This document shows positions 49,156 through 62,196 of a stretch of DNA of 64,000 nucleotides, in pieces. The translations under genes were made by a program, and so were the position numbers. Origin of the DNA: Cyanophora paradoxa CCMP329 (lineage: Eukaryota; Plantae; Glaucophyta); NCBI GenBank assembly GCA_004431415.1, contig QPMI01000535.1, positions 372,001 to 436,000 on the forward strand, read 5' to 3'. The notes under the pieces were generated by a model, which saw only the letters and a list, made by a program, of their open reading frames with translations, was not told the DNA's origin and did not search any database. Numbering within the stretch: position 1 is the first letter of the stretch; each line of letters opens with the position of its first letter.

Positions 49156-52148
49156 CAAGATCCGTGCTCCTGCGGAGCACTAAGTACGGCGAAGCCTCGC
49201 GGACGCCCTCGCGGCTGTCACAGTAGGAGGCCAGCTGGACCCGGCCCCGCCCAGCTGCATGGCCGGGTTTCGCCGGCTTGGCACCGGCCATGGGCTGGCC
49301 CGCTTTAGCCAGCTCGAGGGAGAGCTGGCTGGCCAGAGAGCAATGTAATGAGGAGAGGGAATATATAATTAACTAGGGGAGACCGGAGTTGAACCGGTAA
49401 CGCTTGCTTTTAACTGGTGGAGCAGATTGAGAGGAGATTAACTATATAATATTGTTGGGAGGGAGGCCGCCGGGCCTGGGAGGGGCGAGGTTCTCGCGGC
49501 CAGGCGCATGCACAGAGCTTGGGAATCGCTTAAACAGAATCTAGAATGCATATAGCATCGATGTGCAGGGGTGCGGAGGCAAGGGCACACGGAAAGCTTT
49601 GCAGGCCTGGCCAGGATCGAATTTTCGGGGTCGGCTGGATTCTCGCGCCCTGTCGCATCTCTAGAGTTCGCGAAAAGCTTGACAAAGATCTCAAACTACT
49701 GTTGTAGGGATGCGCACGCGTGAGGATGCGAGGGCGCGCGGAAAGCTGTGCAGGTCCGTCCAGGATCGAATTTTCGGCGTCGGCTGGGTCCTCGCGGCCC
49801 GGCGCATTTAGAGACCGTGCGGAATGCTTTGTCTACATCTCAAATGCTTATGCTATCGTTCCGCGCATGCGCCGCGGCGTTGGCGCGCGGAAAGCTGTCC
49901 AGGTTTGTGCAGGATCGAATTTTTGATGTCCGGTACCTTCTTGCGCTATTCCGGCTCCGAAAAGCAGATTTCGGGGGTGCGCAGGCCCTGCTATGTCTAT
50001 GCGCGCCAGTACGCATCGAATGCGCGCCTCGCGGAACCGGCCGGAACCGGCCGGATCAAATTTTCGGCCTACTGTTCGGACTGGAGCGTTGACGGCGCCC
50101 GAAATCGAGCTTGCGTCGATGCGCTCGCCCTCGCCCGTCACTCTTTATCGTTCTGGGGCGTCCCTGGCGCGATTTCGTCGCGGGACCGGGCGGGACCGGG
50201 TCCCACCTTCTGACCTGGACTGCATTTGTCGGAGGTTAAGGACCGGATTTGATCCAGAGGGAAATTTGATATTCGCGCGACGCCCACGGGGGAGCGGTCG
50301 TCTTAGGGGAGCCAGGACGCTAAAAATGGATCTAGAGAGGTGTGTGGGGGTTAGGGTAGCTGAGTCATTAGCGGCAATCGTGACCGTGTCGAGGCAGAAT
50401 TAATAATTCTGCCTCGAGGGAGTGCGACACGGAAATTATTTATCAGGGGGGATCTCGAGTGGAAAAAAAGGTTAAAAAAGGAATTTATATCGGCGGGTTT
50501 TGGGTTTGAGACAAGATCCGTGCTCCTGCGGAGCACTAAGTACGGCGAAGCCTCGCGGACGCCCTCGCGGCTGTCATAGTAGGCCTATGTATAGGGCACT
50601 CAGCGACTGGCCAGCGGCCTGGCCGATCGCGAACAGCTTTCTGCAGCTGGCTGGAAGCTGGCTGGCTGACGGCCAGTCCAGCTAGCGCTGGCCGGCTAGA
50701 GGAATATTAATTTACTGAGGAAATAAAGGCTAGGGTGGAGCAGATTGAGAAGAGATTAATTATAATATTGTTGGGAAGGAGGCCCGGGAGGGGCGAGGTT
50801 GTCGCGGCCAGGCGCATGCACAGAGCTTGCGAATCGCTTAAACAGAATCTCGCGATCGAATGCATATAGCATTGATGTGCGGGGCTGCGGAGGCGAGGGC
50901 GCGCGGAAAGACGTGCAGGTCCATGCAGGATCGAATTTTCGGGGTCGGCTGGATTCTCGCGCCCTGTCGCGTCCTCGGAGCTCGCGAAAAGCTTAACAAA
51001 GATCTCAAATTACTATTGTAGCGATGCGCACGCGCGAGGATGCGAGGGCGCGCGGAAAGCTGTGCAGGTCCGTCCAGGATCGAATTTTCGGCGTCGGCTC
51101 GCGGCCCGGCACATCTGCAATGCGTGCGGAAGGCTTTGTCTACATCTGAAATGCTTATCATATTGTTCCGCGCATGCGCCGCGGCGTTGGCGCACGGAAA
51201 GATGTCCGGGTCTGTTCAGAATCGATTTTTTACCGTCGGCTGGGTTGTCGTGCTCTTCCGCGTCTTCAAAGCTTGTGGAAGGCTTCAAAAAAATGTGAAA
51301 TGAATATTGTAGCGATGCGCATGCGCGAGGATGCGAGCGCGCAAGAAAAGGTCTTCAGGTCTGTAGAGGATCGAATTTTCGGGGTCGGCTGGGTCCTCGC
51401 GGCCCGGCGCATACGCAAAGCGTGCGGAAGGCTTCTTCTACATCTCAAATGCTTATGCTATTCTTCCGCGCATGTGCCGCGGCGCGGGCGCGCGGAAAGA
51501 TGTCCGGGGCTGTGCAGGATCGAATTTTTGCCACCGGGAGCCTTCCTGCGCTGTTCCGGCTCCGAAAAGCGGATCGCTGGAGTGCGCAGGTCCTGCTATG
51601 TCTATGCGCGCCCGTACGCATCGATTGCGCACGTCGCGGGACCGGCCGGAACCGGCCGGATCAAATTTTCGGCCGACTCTTCGCACTGGAGCGTCGAGGG
51701 TGCCCGAAATCGAGCCTGCCGCGATGCGCTCGCGCTCGCGCGTCATTCTGTATCGTTCTGGGGCGTCCCTGGCGCGATTTCGTCGCGGGACCGGGCGGGA
51801 CCGGGTCCCACCTTCTGACTCGGACTGCATGTGTCGGAGGTTAAGTACCGGAATTGATCCAGAGGGAAATTCGATTTTCGCGCGACGCCCACGGGAGAGC
51901 GGTCGTCTTAGGGGAGCCAGGACGCTAAAAATGGATGTAGAGGGGTCTGTGGGGGTTCGGGCAGCTGTGTAATGTCCATCAATCGCGTCTGTGTCGAGGC
52001 AGAATTAATAATTCTGCCTCGAGGGAGTGTGACACGGAAATTATTTAGCAGGGGGGATCTTGAGTGGAAAAAAAGGTTAAAAAAGGAATTTCGGTCGGCG
52101 GTTTTTGGGTTTGAGAAAGAGGCTTCGCCTGAAAGAGGCTTCGCCTGA
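49156..52148 (-). mobile_element. Helitron-like dimer: two stacked 5' ends, A (52148-50512), B body (50511-49156)
   Basis: Empty site GAAAAATAA|TTTTTTGGG at 43130/43131 in the other duplicate; no TSD. Confidence 0.9.
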
Positions 52149-55100
52149 TTTTTTGGGCGGAGAGGGGATACCGGTTTCCAAGGGAGGGGTACAGCACTCT
52201 GAAACGAAGCGAAACTGGACTGCCTGCAGAATCCAGCTACCTGCAAGAGGAAACGAAACTTTCACGACACAGCGGTGTGACTGCGGCAGCTTCCACAAGT
52301 TTCGTGACTTCGAAACTTCGAAATTCAAGGCAACCGAGGCTACCTGTGTTTCGGTGCCAGTGTCACAGTACTAGTGTACTGGCCATGGCCAGTGGCCACC
52401 GTACCGTGGCACAGGCCAGTGACCGTGCCACGGTGGCACGTGCACTGTGCACAGTGTACGTACATGTGGCAGTACTAGTACTACTGTCTGTACCGGCCCG
52501 GCGGCCACGGGGCGCGATTGGCGAATTTCGAATCGGCGGCGATTGCGGATTCGCGGCGCCTGCAGCTGCAGCTGCGCTATAGCGCTAGCGCTGCCTGCGC
52601 TGCTGCGCATGCATGCAGCGCATCATCAATGATTCATCATTAGCAGCGCAGTCGCGAGTCGAGACTCGAGAGTCGAGAGTCCGCCGGTCTGCATAGTGGC
52701 CAGCGAATCGGCGCCGCCTGCAATATGATTGATTACTATCATGGATGGCTGCAGCTGCAGCTTTCCCATCGCTTGAATTATTTTTGAATCGTTTCAAAAG
52801 CGCGGCGCTGCCGGCCGCTAGTAGGCCCGCTAGTGGGCCGCTACTGCTGGCCCAGTAGTACTGGGTAGTACTGGCCCGCTAGCGCTGCATGTGCCGGCGC
52901 TGGCCCGCGGACGGCGCAGCAATCATTGAATTATTTGAATCATTGAATCATATCTCATCAATGGCTAGCTAGCTGCAGGCCTGCCGCAGGCTGCCGCCAG
53001 GCTCAGCGGCTGCGCCGCGCCAGCGCCTGCATGCGCCGGGCCGGGCGGCCCGGCCCGCCCGGGCCGGGCCGGGCGGCCGGCCCGCGGGTGCCATCGAATC
53101 ATTGACCATGACTGATTGCAGCTCGATGCAGGGGTACCCCGGCGGCGGCTGCGGGCGCGAGCGCGGGATCGAAAGCGAACGAAACTTCGGCGCGCGCCCC
53201 TCTTTCCAGCCGCCGTTTCAGCGTCGATGCGCACCGCAAGCTGAATCCGCAGCCGCAACTGCCCTGGCTGGCCCGGTTCTCCCGCTCTGCGAATCGCGCC
53301 CCAAGGCCGGCTCGCCCGCCCTCGCCGCCCGGCGCGCCTGCGCGAAGCACAGCCCGACCTCGGCCTGCATGCGCCGTTTTCCAACGATCGGCTCTCGTCA
53401 AGCGCGCTCCGGCGTCTCGTCGCCGCGCCCGCCAACGCGCTCGCCCCACGACGACCCAGACCTTTACGTCCAGCCGCATCATCCGACCTTTCTGGCTCGC
53501 CGCCGCGCTTCTCGGTGCGTATCCTTGCCTTCGGAAGGCCTCTGCGCCCGCCACGAGGCCTCCGGCGCGTGTTCGCAGTTGACGTCTCCAAGTTGCAGGT
53601 CACCGCCTCAGCTGCCCCGCGCGCCATGCGCTTTCCGCCTCCGCGAACGTGCAGCACGCGCAGGGCTCGGCATTCTGGCGATTCGCCGCCCGCGCCGCCG
53701 CGCTCCTGGCGGACCGCCCCAGCGGCCCCCCACGAATCGCGCCCCCGCTCCCGCCGCAGCTGCTCCGCTGCCCCTCGCCGACGGCGCAATTCGCCGCCGC
53801 TGGACCCACGCTCGCTCTCTCCAGGCCCGCCGCCCGCTCCGCAGCCTTTCTGGCGGGCCGCCCCAGCGGCCCCCCACGAACCGCGCCCCCGCTCCCGCCG
53901 CAGCTGCTCCGCTGCCCCTCGCCGACGGCGCAATTCGCCGCCGCTGGACCCACGCTCGCTCGCTCCAGGTCCGCCGCCCGCGCCGCAGCCTTTCTGGCGG
54001 GCCGCCCCAGCGGCCCCCCACGAACCGCGCCCCCGCTCCCGCCGCAGCTGCTCCGCTGCCCCTCGCCGACGGCGCAATTCGCCGCCGCTGGACCCACGCT
54101 CGCTCGCTCCAGGTCCGCCGCCCGCGTCGCAGCCTTTCTGGCGGGCCGCCCCAGCGGCCCCCCACGAATCGCGCCCCCGCTCCCGCCGCAGCTGCTCCGC
54201 TGCCCCTCGCCGACGGCGCAGTTCGTCGCCGCTGGACACACGCTCACTCGCTCGAGGTCCGCCGCCCGCGCCACGCGCATCTCAAGATGCCGTACCCTGG
54301 GGGGGCGCGCCCTGCGAGCGGTAGCGTGGCCGTTTCTGAGCCCGCGCTCTCGCCGCAGGCCCTCGGCGTTCGCTGCGCGTCCGGCCGGCTTCGGCGATGG
54401 GCGAGGTACGCGGAATATCGGAGGGGAGGGCGGCGGGGGGGCGGCGGGGGTAGAGGATGGGAAGGGGGTACCCCAGCGCCCCCCGCCGCGGCTCACGCTC
54501 TTCCGCAGGCCGCTCGAGCTCCACCGGCGCGGCGTCCGCGCCCCTCTCCCTTCGCCATCAGGTGCGCTGCCGCTCGGGCCGAGGCCGGTGTTGTCGTCGG
54601 CTCCTCAGCGCCGCCCGGCCGCCCTGCGCATCCCAGAATGCCGTACCCTAGGGGCGCGCCCTGCGAGCGGTAGCGTGGCCCTTTCTGACTGCCCCGCGCT
54701 CTCGCCGCAGGCCCTCGGCGTTCGCTGCGCGTCCGGCCGGCTTCGGTGAAGTGGGAGGTACGCGGTATTTCGGGGAGAGGATGGGCGGGGGGGAGGGGGA
54801 AGAGGGCCTGGGTACGCCAGCGCCCCCCGCCGCGGCTCACGCTCTTCCGCAGGCCGCTCGAGCTCCACCGGCGCGGCGTCCGCGCCCCTCTCCCTTCGCC
54901 ATCAGGTGCGCTGGCGCTCGGGCCGAGGCCGGTGTTGTCGTCGGCTCCTCAGCGCCGCCCGGCCACCGTGCGCATCCCAGAATGCCGTACCCTAGGGGCG
55001 CGCCCTGCGAGCGGTAGCGTGGCCCTTTCTGACTGCCCCGCGCTCTCGCCGCAGGCCCTCGGCGTTCGCTGCGCGTCCGGCCGGCTTCGGTGAAGTGGGA

Positions 55101-57469
55101 GGTACGCGGTATTTCGGGGAGAGGATGGGCGGGGGAGAGGGGGAGGGGGCCTGGGTACGCCAGCGCCTCTCGCCGCAGCTCACGCTCCTCCGCAGGCCGC
55201 TCGAGCTCCACCGGCGCGGCGTCCGGCGCGTGCGCCTATCTCCCATGGCCATCGGGTGCGTTGGCGCAGGCGCTTCAGCGGCCGCCCGTCCGCCCGTCCG
55301 CCACGCGCATCTCAAGATGCCGTATCCTGGGGGGGCGCGCCCTGCGAGCGGTAGCGTGGCCGTCTCTGAGCCCGCGCTCTCGCCGCAGGCCCTCGGCGTT
55401 CGCTGCGCGTCCGGCCGGCTTCGGCGATGGGCGAGGTACGCGGAATATCGGAGGGGAGGGCGGCGGGGGGGCGGCGGGGGTAGAGGATGGGAAGGGGGTA
55501 CCCCAGCGCCCCCCGCCGCGGCTCACGCTCTTCCGCAGGCCGCTCGAGCTCCACCGGCGCGGCGTCCGCGCCCCTCTCCCTTCGCCATCAGGTGCGCTGG
55601 CGCTCGCGCCGAGGCCGGTGTTATCGTCGGCTCCTCAGCGCCGCCCGGCCGCCGTGCGCATCCCAGAATGCCGTACCCTAGGGGCGCGCCCTGCGAGCGG
55701 TAGCGTGGCCCTGTCTGACTGCCCCGCGCTCTCGCCGCAGGCCCTCGGCGTTCGCTGCGCGTCCGGCCGGCTTCGGTGAAGTGGGAGGTACGCGGTATTT
55801 CGGGGAGAGGATGGGCGGGGGGGAGGGGGAGGGGGCCTGGGTACGCCAGCGCCTCTCGCCGCAGCTCACGCTCCTCCGCAGGCCGCTCGAGCTCCACCGG
55901 CGCGGCGTCCGGCGCGTGCGCCTATCTCCCATGGCCATCGGGTGCGTTGGCGCAGGCGCTTCAGCGGCCGCCCGTCCGCCCGTCCGCCAGGCGCATCTCA
56001 AGATGCCGTACCCTGGGGGGCCGCCCTGCGAGCGGTAGCGTGGCCGTCTCTGAGCCCGCGCTCTCGCCGCAGGCCCTCGGCGTTCGCTGCGCGTCCGGCC
56101 GGCTTCGGCGATGGGTGAGGTACGCGGAATATCGGAGGGGAGGGCGGCGGGGGGGCGGCGGGGGTAGAGGATGGGAAGGGGGTACCCCAGCGCCCCCCGC
56201 CGCGGCTCACGCTCTTCCGCAGGCCGCTCGAGCTCCACCGGCGCGGCGTCCGCGCCCCTCTCCCTTCGCCATCAGGTGCGCTGGCGCTCGGGCCGAGGCC
56301 GGTGTTGTCGTCGGCTCCTCAGCGCCGCCCGGCCGCCGTGCGCATCCCAGAATGCCGTACCCTAGGGGCGCGCCCTGCGAGCGGTAGCGTGGCCCTTTTT
56401 GACTGCCCCGCGCTCTCGCCGCAGGCCCTCGGCGTTCGCTGCGCGTCCGGCCGGCTTCGGTGAAGTGGGAGGTACGCGGTATTTCGGGAACAGGATGGGC
56501 GGGGGGGGGAAGAGGGCCTGGGTACGCCAGCGCCTCTCGCCGCAGCTCACGCTCCTCCGCAGGCCGCTCGAGCTCCACCGGCGCGGCGTCCGGCGCGTGC
56601 GCCTATCTCCCATGGCCATCGGGTGCGTTGGCGCAGGCGCTTCAGCGGCCGCCCGTCCGCCCGTCCGCCACGCGCATCTCAAGATGCCGTACCCTGGGGG
56701 GGCGCGCCCTGCGAGCGGTAGCGTGGCCGTCTCTGAGCCCGCGCTCTCGCCGCAGGCCCTCGGCGTTCGCTGCGCGTCCGGCCGCGGGCCGGCTTCGGCG
56801 ATGGGCGAGGTACGCGGAATATCGGAGGGGAGGGCGGCGGGGGGGCGGCGGGGGTAGAGGATGGGAAGGGGGTACCCCAGCGCCCCCCGCCGCGGCTCAC
56901 GCTCTTCCGCAGGCCGCTCGAGCTTCACCGGCGCGGCGTCCGGCGCACGCCTCCCTCTAGGTGACAAGCGTGCCAAGTCCAGCGCAGGCCCAGCAAGGTT
57001 CGCAAGTTTTCATGTCGTCCAAATCAGAGTGACGCCCCCTAGAGCGAGACGGCGGCGCTGCAGCCCCGATGACGGCCCTCATGATCAGGTGCCGCCGCTG
57101 GTGCCTTGTGCCGCTGTGCTCTATATAGCTACCCGCCCTTCATATTATTAATCTCATGCCATATGCATATGCATTTGGAACTGTGTCGATCGAGCACAGA
57201 AGTCCTCATGATCAGCTGGGGTGCGTTGGCGGCGGTCACAGATCTAGAGGCCAAGCTAACTTTCACATGTTCCACCGCACGCGAGGTGCGCGAGTCTATC
57301 TCTTGCCCGTCGCCTTTTAGAGCTAGACAGTGGGGCACCAGCCCTGGCGGGGGCTCTCAGGTGCCGTTGACGGTGCAAGGCCACGCTGTCTACATAGATC
57401 TATAGATTCATTGGGTGCGCGTGTCCTTATTGTTTTTGCTGAGGCTTACTTCACTTATCAGGTCCTGGT

Positions 57470-57932
57470 ATGCGCCGGCCGGCCCCCCGCGCCCGCCCCG
57501 CGCCCGCCCTGCCCGCCCGCCCGCCCCGCCCCACCCCGCGCCGCGCCGCCCCGCCCCGCCCGCCCCGCGCCGCCCGCTCCGCCCGCCCGCCCCGCCCCGC
57601 CCGCCCGCCCCGCCCGCCCCGCCCCGCCCCGCCCCGGCGCCGCCCCGCCCCGCCCCGCCCCGCCCCGCCGCGCCGCCCGCCCCGCCCCGCCCCGCCCCGG
57701 CGCCGCGCCGCCCGCCCCGCCCCGCCCCGCCGCCCCGCCCCGCCCCGCCCGCCCGCCCCGCCCCGCCCCGCCCCGCCCGCCCCGTCGCCGCCCCGCCCCG
57801 CCCCGCCCCGCCCCGCCCGCCCCGCCCGCCCCGCCCCGCCCGCCCCGCCCCGCCCCGCCCCGCCCCGCCTTGCCCCGCCCCGCCCCGCCCCGCCCCGCGG
57901 CCGCCCCGCCCTCTCCCGGGCCCTGCCCCGCC
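57470..57932. repeat. Degenerate (CCCCG)n tract, ~460 bp
   Basis: Almost pure C/G pentamer repeats, bounded by GTATGCG at 57468 and CCCAG at ~57935. Confidence 0.9.
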
Positions 57933-58748
57933 CAGATGCCAAGCTAATATTAGCTGCCGCCACTAGCTAACGCTATCAGCTAGCTAGCTGATATTGTAAA
58001 TAATTATAATTACGCATACCTGCAGCCGAGCGCGAGCGGCAAGCGCGGCAGCCAGGCGGGCCGCGGGCCGGGGCGGCGGGGCGGGGCGGGCAGGGGACCC
58101 TCGAGCTCGGCCTGGCACCCCAGCGGCGCCGGCCGCCGAGCGCCGCGCCTGATACATATCGATCATGACGCGGGGCCTTCCGCGCGTCGAGGCGGCATGG
58201 CATGCGGCTGAGCGTGCACAGATCTGGCCATGGGCGGCGCCGCGGCGTGGCAGCGTTGCCGCACATTGACAGTCGGCGCCTGCCCAGATCTAGAGGACCC
58301 TCGGCCTGCCGCCCCCCACATGGCCAGCCGGCTGCCGAGCGCCGCGCCTGCCGCGGGGCCTCCCTTGCTGGTTCTAAAACATCATGCATGGCCGCGGGTC
58401 GCTCGTGAGGGAGGAGTCGAGAGTGGAGGTTGGGAGGAAGAAGTGGGAGGGTAGGTTCAGGTTCGAACGCTGGATTGGATCGCGCCACCCAAGTCCACAG
58501 GTCCGGCGGGGAGTCGGGAGCCGGTCATCGCTGGCCGAACGTGGGGAGCCGGAGCTCCTGGACCTCGGCCTTACGGGCCCAGCTGGGCCCTGCCGACGCT
58601 GCGTCCGGATCCGGGTCTCCACCAGCTTGACCTCCTTCCGCTCCCGCCGCCGCCGTGGGGTCCTGAGCGGTCGCGTCTGTACCCCTTGCGGGAACCCTCT
58701 TCCTAGCCCCCCCCCCCCCCCCCACCCCCCACCCCCACCCCCCCTCCC

Positions 58749-60109
58749 AAGGCAAGGATACGCACCGAGAAGCGCGGCGGCGAGCCAGAAAGGTCGGATG
58801 ATGCGGCTGGACGTAAAGGTCTGGGTCGTCGTGGGGCGAGCGCGTTGGCGGGCGCGGCGACGAGACGCCGGAGCGCGCTTTGACGAGAGCCGATCGTTGG
58901 AAAACGGCGCATGCAGGCCGAGGTCGGGCTGTGCTTCGCGCAGGCGCGCCGGGCGGCGAGGGCGGGCGAGCCGGCCTTGGGGCGCGATTCGCAGAGCGGG
59001 AGAACCGGGCCAGCCAGGGCAGTTGCGGCTGCGGATTCAGCTTGCGGTGCGCATCGACGCTGAAACGGCGGCTGGAAAGAGGGGCGCGCGCCGAAGTTTC
59101 GTTCGCTTTCGATCCCGCGCTCGCGCCCGCAGCCGCCGCCGGGTACCCCTGCATCGAGCTGCAATCAGTCATGGTCAATGATTCGATGGCACCCGCGGGC
59201 CGGCCGCCCGGCCCGGCCCGGGCGGGCCGGGCCGCCCGGCCCGGCGCATGCAGGCGCTGGCGCGGCGCAGCCGCTGAGCCTGGCGGCAGCCTGCGGCAGG
59301 CCTGCCAGGCTGCAGCTAGCTAGCCATTGATGAGATATGATTCAATGATCCAAATAATTCAATGATTGCTGCGCCGTCCGCGGGCCAGCGCCGGCACATG
59401 CAGCGCTAGCGGGCCAGTACTACCCAGTACTACTAGGCTAGTACTACTGGGCCAGTAGTAGCGGGCCTACTAGCGGCCGGCAGCGCCGCGCTTATGAAAC
59501 GATTCAAAAATAATTCAAGCGATGCATATGCATATGGGAAAGCTGCAGCTGCAGCCATCCATGATAGTAATCAATCATATTGCAGGCGGCGCCGATTCGG
59601 TGGCCACCATGCAGACCGGCGGACTCTCGACTCTCGAGTCTCGACTCGCGACTGCGCTGCTAATGATGAATCATTGATGATGCGCTGCATGCATGCGCAG
59701 CAGCGCAGGCAGCGCTAGCGCTATAGCGCAGCTGCAGCTGCAGCCTGCAGGCGCCGCGAATCCGCAATCGCCGCCGATTCGAAATTCGCCAATCGCGCCC
59801 AGTGGCCGCCGGGCCGGTATACGTACAGACCGTATACGTAGTACTAGTACTGCCACACTGTGCACGTGCCACCGTGGCACGGTCACTGGCCTGTGAGGCT
59901 GTGCCACGGCCCACGGTACGGTGGCCACTGGCCAGTACACTAGTACTGTGACACGTGCACTGGCACCGAAACACAGGTAGCCTTGGTTGCCTATATTTGC
60001 AAGTTTCGAAGTACCTAAACTTCGTATGGCTGCCTTGTTTCGTTCAGAGCGCTGTACCCTAGAGTTAGAAACCGGTATCCCCTCTCCGCCCAAAAAATTA
60101 TTTTTCAAG
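58749..60109 (-). repeat. Diverged inverted copy of 43118-44511
   Basis: Reverse-complement match with indels; the shared ORF translations appear on opposite strands in the ORF track. Confidence 0.85.
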
Positions 60110-60164
60110 CGCGTCGGATGCACCCCTAGCTGGCCACGGCCCACGGTGTCAAAATTTCAATCTG

Positions 60165-61397
60165 TCAGGCGAAGCCTCTTTCTCAAACCCAAAAACCACC
60201 GCAGGCGAAGCCTCTTTCTCAAACCCAAAAACCGCCGATATAAATTCCTTTTTTAACCTTTTTTTCCACTCAAGATCCCCCCTGCTAAATAATTTCCGCG
60301 TCGCACTCCCTCGAGGACGAATTATTAATTCTGCCTCGACACGGACGCGATTGCCGCTAATGACTCAGCTACCCTAACCCCCACAGACCTCTCTAGATCC
60401 ATTTTTAGCGTCGTGGCTCCCCTAAGACGACCGCTCGCCCGTGGGCGTCGCGCGAAAATCGAATTTCCCTCTGGATCAATTCCGGTACTTAACCTCCGAC
60501 AAATGCAGTCCGAGTCAGAAGGTGGGACCCGGTCCCGCCCGGTCCCGCGACGAAATCGCGCCAGGGACGCCCCAGAACGATACAGAATGCCGCGCGAGGG
60601 CGAGCGCATCGCCGCAAGCTCGATTTCAAGCGCCGTCGACGCTCCAGTGCGAAGAGTCGGCCGAAAATTTGATCCAGCGCTAGCCGGTCCCGCCCGGTCC
60701 CGCGACGCGCGCAATCGATGCGTACTGGCGCGCATGGACATAGCAGGGCCTGCGCACCCCCGAAATCCGCTTTTCGGAGCCGGAACAGCGCAGGAAGGTA
60801 CCCGACGGCCAAAATTCGATCCTGCACGCGCCCTGACATCTTTCCGCGCGCCCACGCCGCGGCGCATGCGCGGAACGATAGCATAAGCATTTAAGATGTA
60901 GGCAAAGTCTTCCGCACGCTTTGCGTATGCGACGGGCCGCGAGGACCCAGCCGACCCCGAAAATTCGATCCTGCATGGACCTGCACATCTTTCCGCGCGC
61001 CCTCGCCTCGAGCTCCGCAGCCCCGCACATCGATGCTATAGCTATATGCATTCAAGATTCTGTTTAAGCGATTCGCAAGCTCTGTGCATGCGCCTGGCCG
61101 CGAGAACCTTGCCCCTCCCGGGCCTCCCTCTCAACAATATTATATATAATTCATCTCCTCTAATCTCAACCTGCTCCGGCCTCCCTTTATTTCCTCAGTA
61201 CATTAATATTCCTCTAGTTATATTCCTCTAGCCGGCCAGCGGTAGCTGGACTGGCCGTCAGCCGGCCAGCTTCCAACCAGAAAGCTGTTCGCGATCGGCC
61301 AGGCCGCTGGCCAGTGCCCTATAGGCCTACTGTGACAGCCGCGAGGGCGTCCGCGAGGCTTCGCCGTACTTAGTGCTCCGCAGGAGCACGGATCTTG
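60165..61397 (+). mobile_element. Monomer of the Helitron-like family (shorter subfamily, duplicated 5' ~37 bp)
   Basis: TCAGGCGAAGCCTC start; hairpin plus GGATCTTG|T end. Confidence 0.88.
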
Positions 61398-62196
61398 TTA
61401 ATTATATAATTTGGGACTCCGAGTAATTTTAAGGAAGTACGTTTTTTTAAGCGTTACACGGTATATATATATATGATCTAGAACCTATACCGGTTCTTCC
61501 GGTCCTATCGCTAGATGTCTTTTTGATTTAGACGATTCGAATCGATCGATATCGATTGGGCGGCATTTGGGCCTTCATGTTGTCACGAACACACGCGATG
61601 AACACACGTCAAGAATGAAGAGCTCCGAACGCCATGCCGGCCCCGGCGGCCCATGCGGCTCTTGCCTCAGTTGCCTCATGCAGCTTGCCTGCACTGCGGC
61701 AGGCTGCAACTGGTGATGGCGATTGGACACCGTCGACTCGGCTTCGAGTCGCCGAGTCCGACGGTCGCCAGTGACTCGCCACGGCCTGTCATGGCCGATC
61801 GTCGACGATCATCATCGTCGACTCGATTCATCGATCATCAAAGCACAAATTTTTGTGACCAGTACCCCAAATTGCAAATGGCGGCTTTGCCCGGGGCGAG
61901 GGCCGCGAGGCCCCCGGCAAGTTGGCGGCAACTTGGCGGCAAGCCGGCTTCAGTTGCTGGCTTAATGACGTTTTTCTATATATATATATCACATATTATA
62001 TGTAAGACTGGGCCCAAGCTTTAAGTTTCTACCCCCTTCTTGAGCCGGCTCGAGCCGCGGCTAGCGGGCTTAGTCCGCCGGGCTACTAGTAGAGCCTGTT
62101 GCTAGTAGCGGCTCGAGGCCCTGAGCAGCCTCAGAGCAGGCTAGCGCTGCCGGCGCCGGCTGCCGTGCCACGGTGGGGCCGGGCCGGCGCCGTGGC

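Larger units (their letters stand above)
39173..57373. repeat. ~9-kb tandem segmental duplication (39173-48349 and 48361-57373)
   Basis: Near-identical units joined by an 11-bp filler; they differ by independent element insertions. Confidence 0.92.

Noticed and set aside
43984-57970. Long ORFs (up to 523 aa) over the satellites and CCCCG tract
   Set aside because: Open in several frames on both strands because GC-rich repeats lack stop codons.
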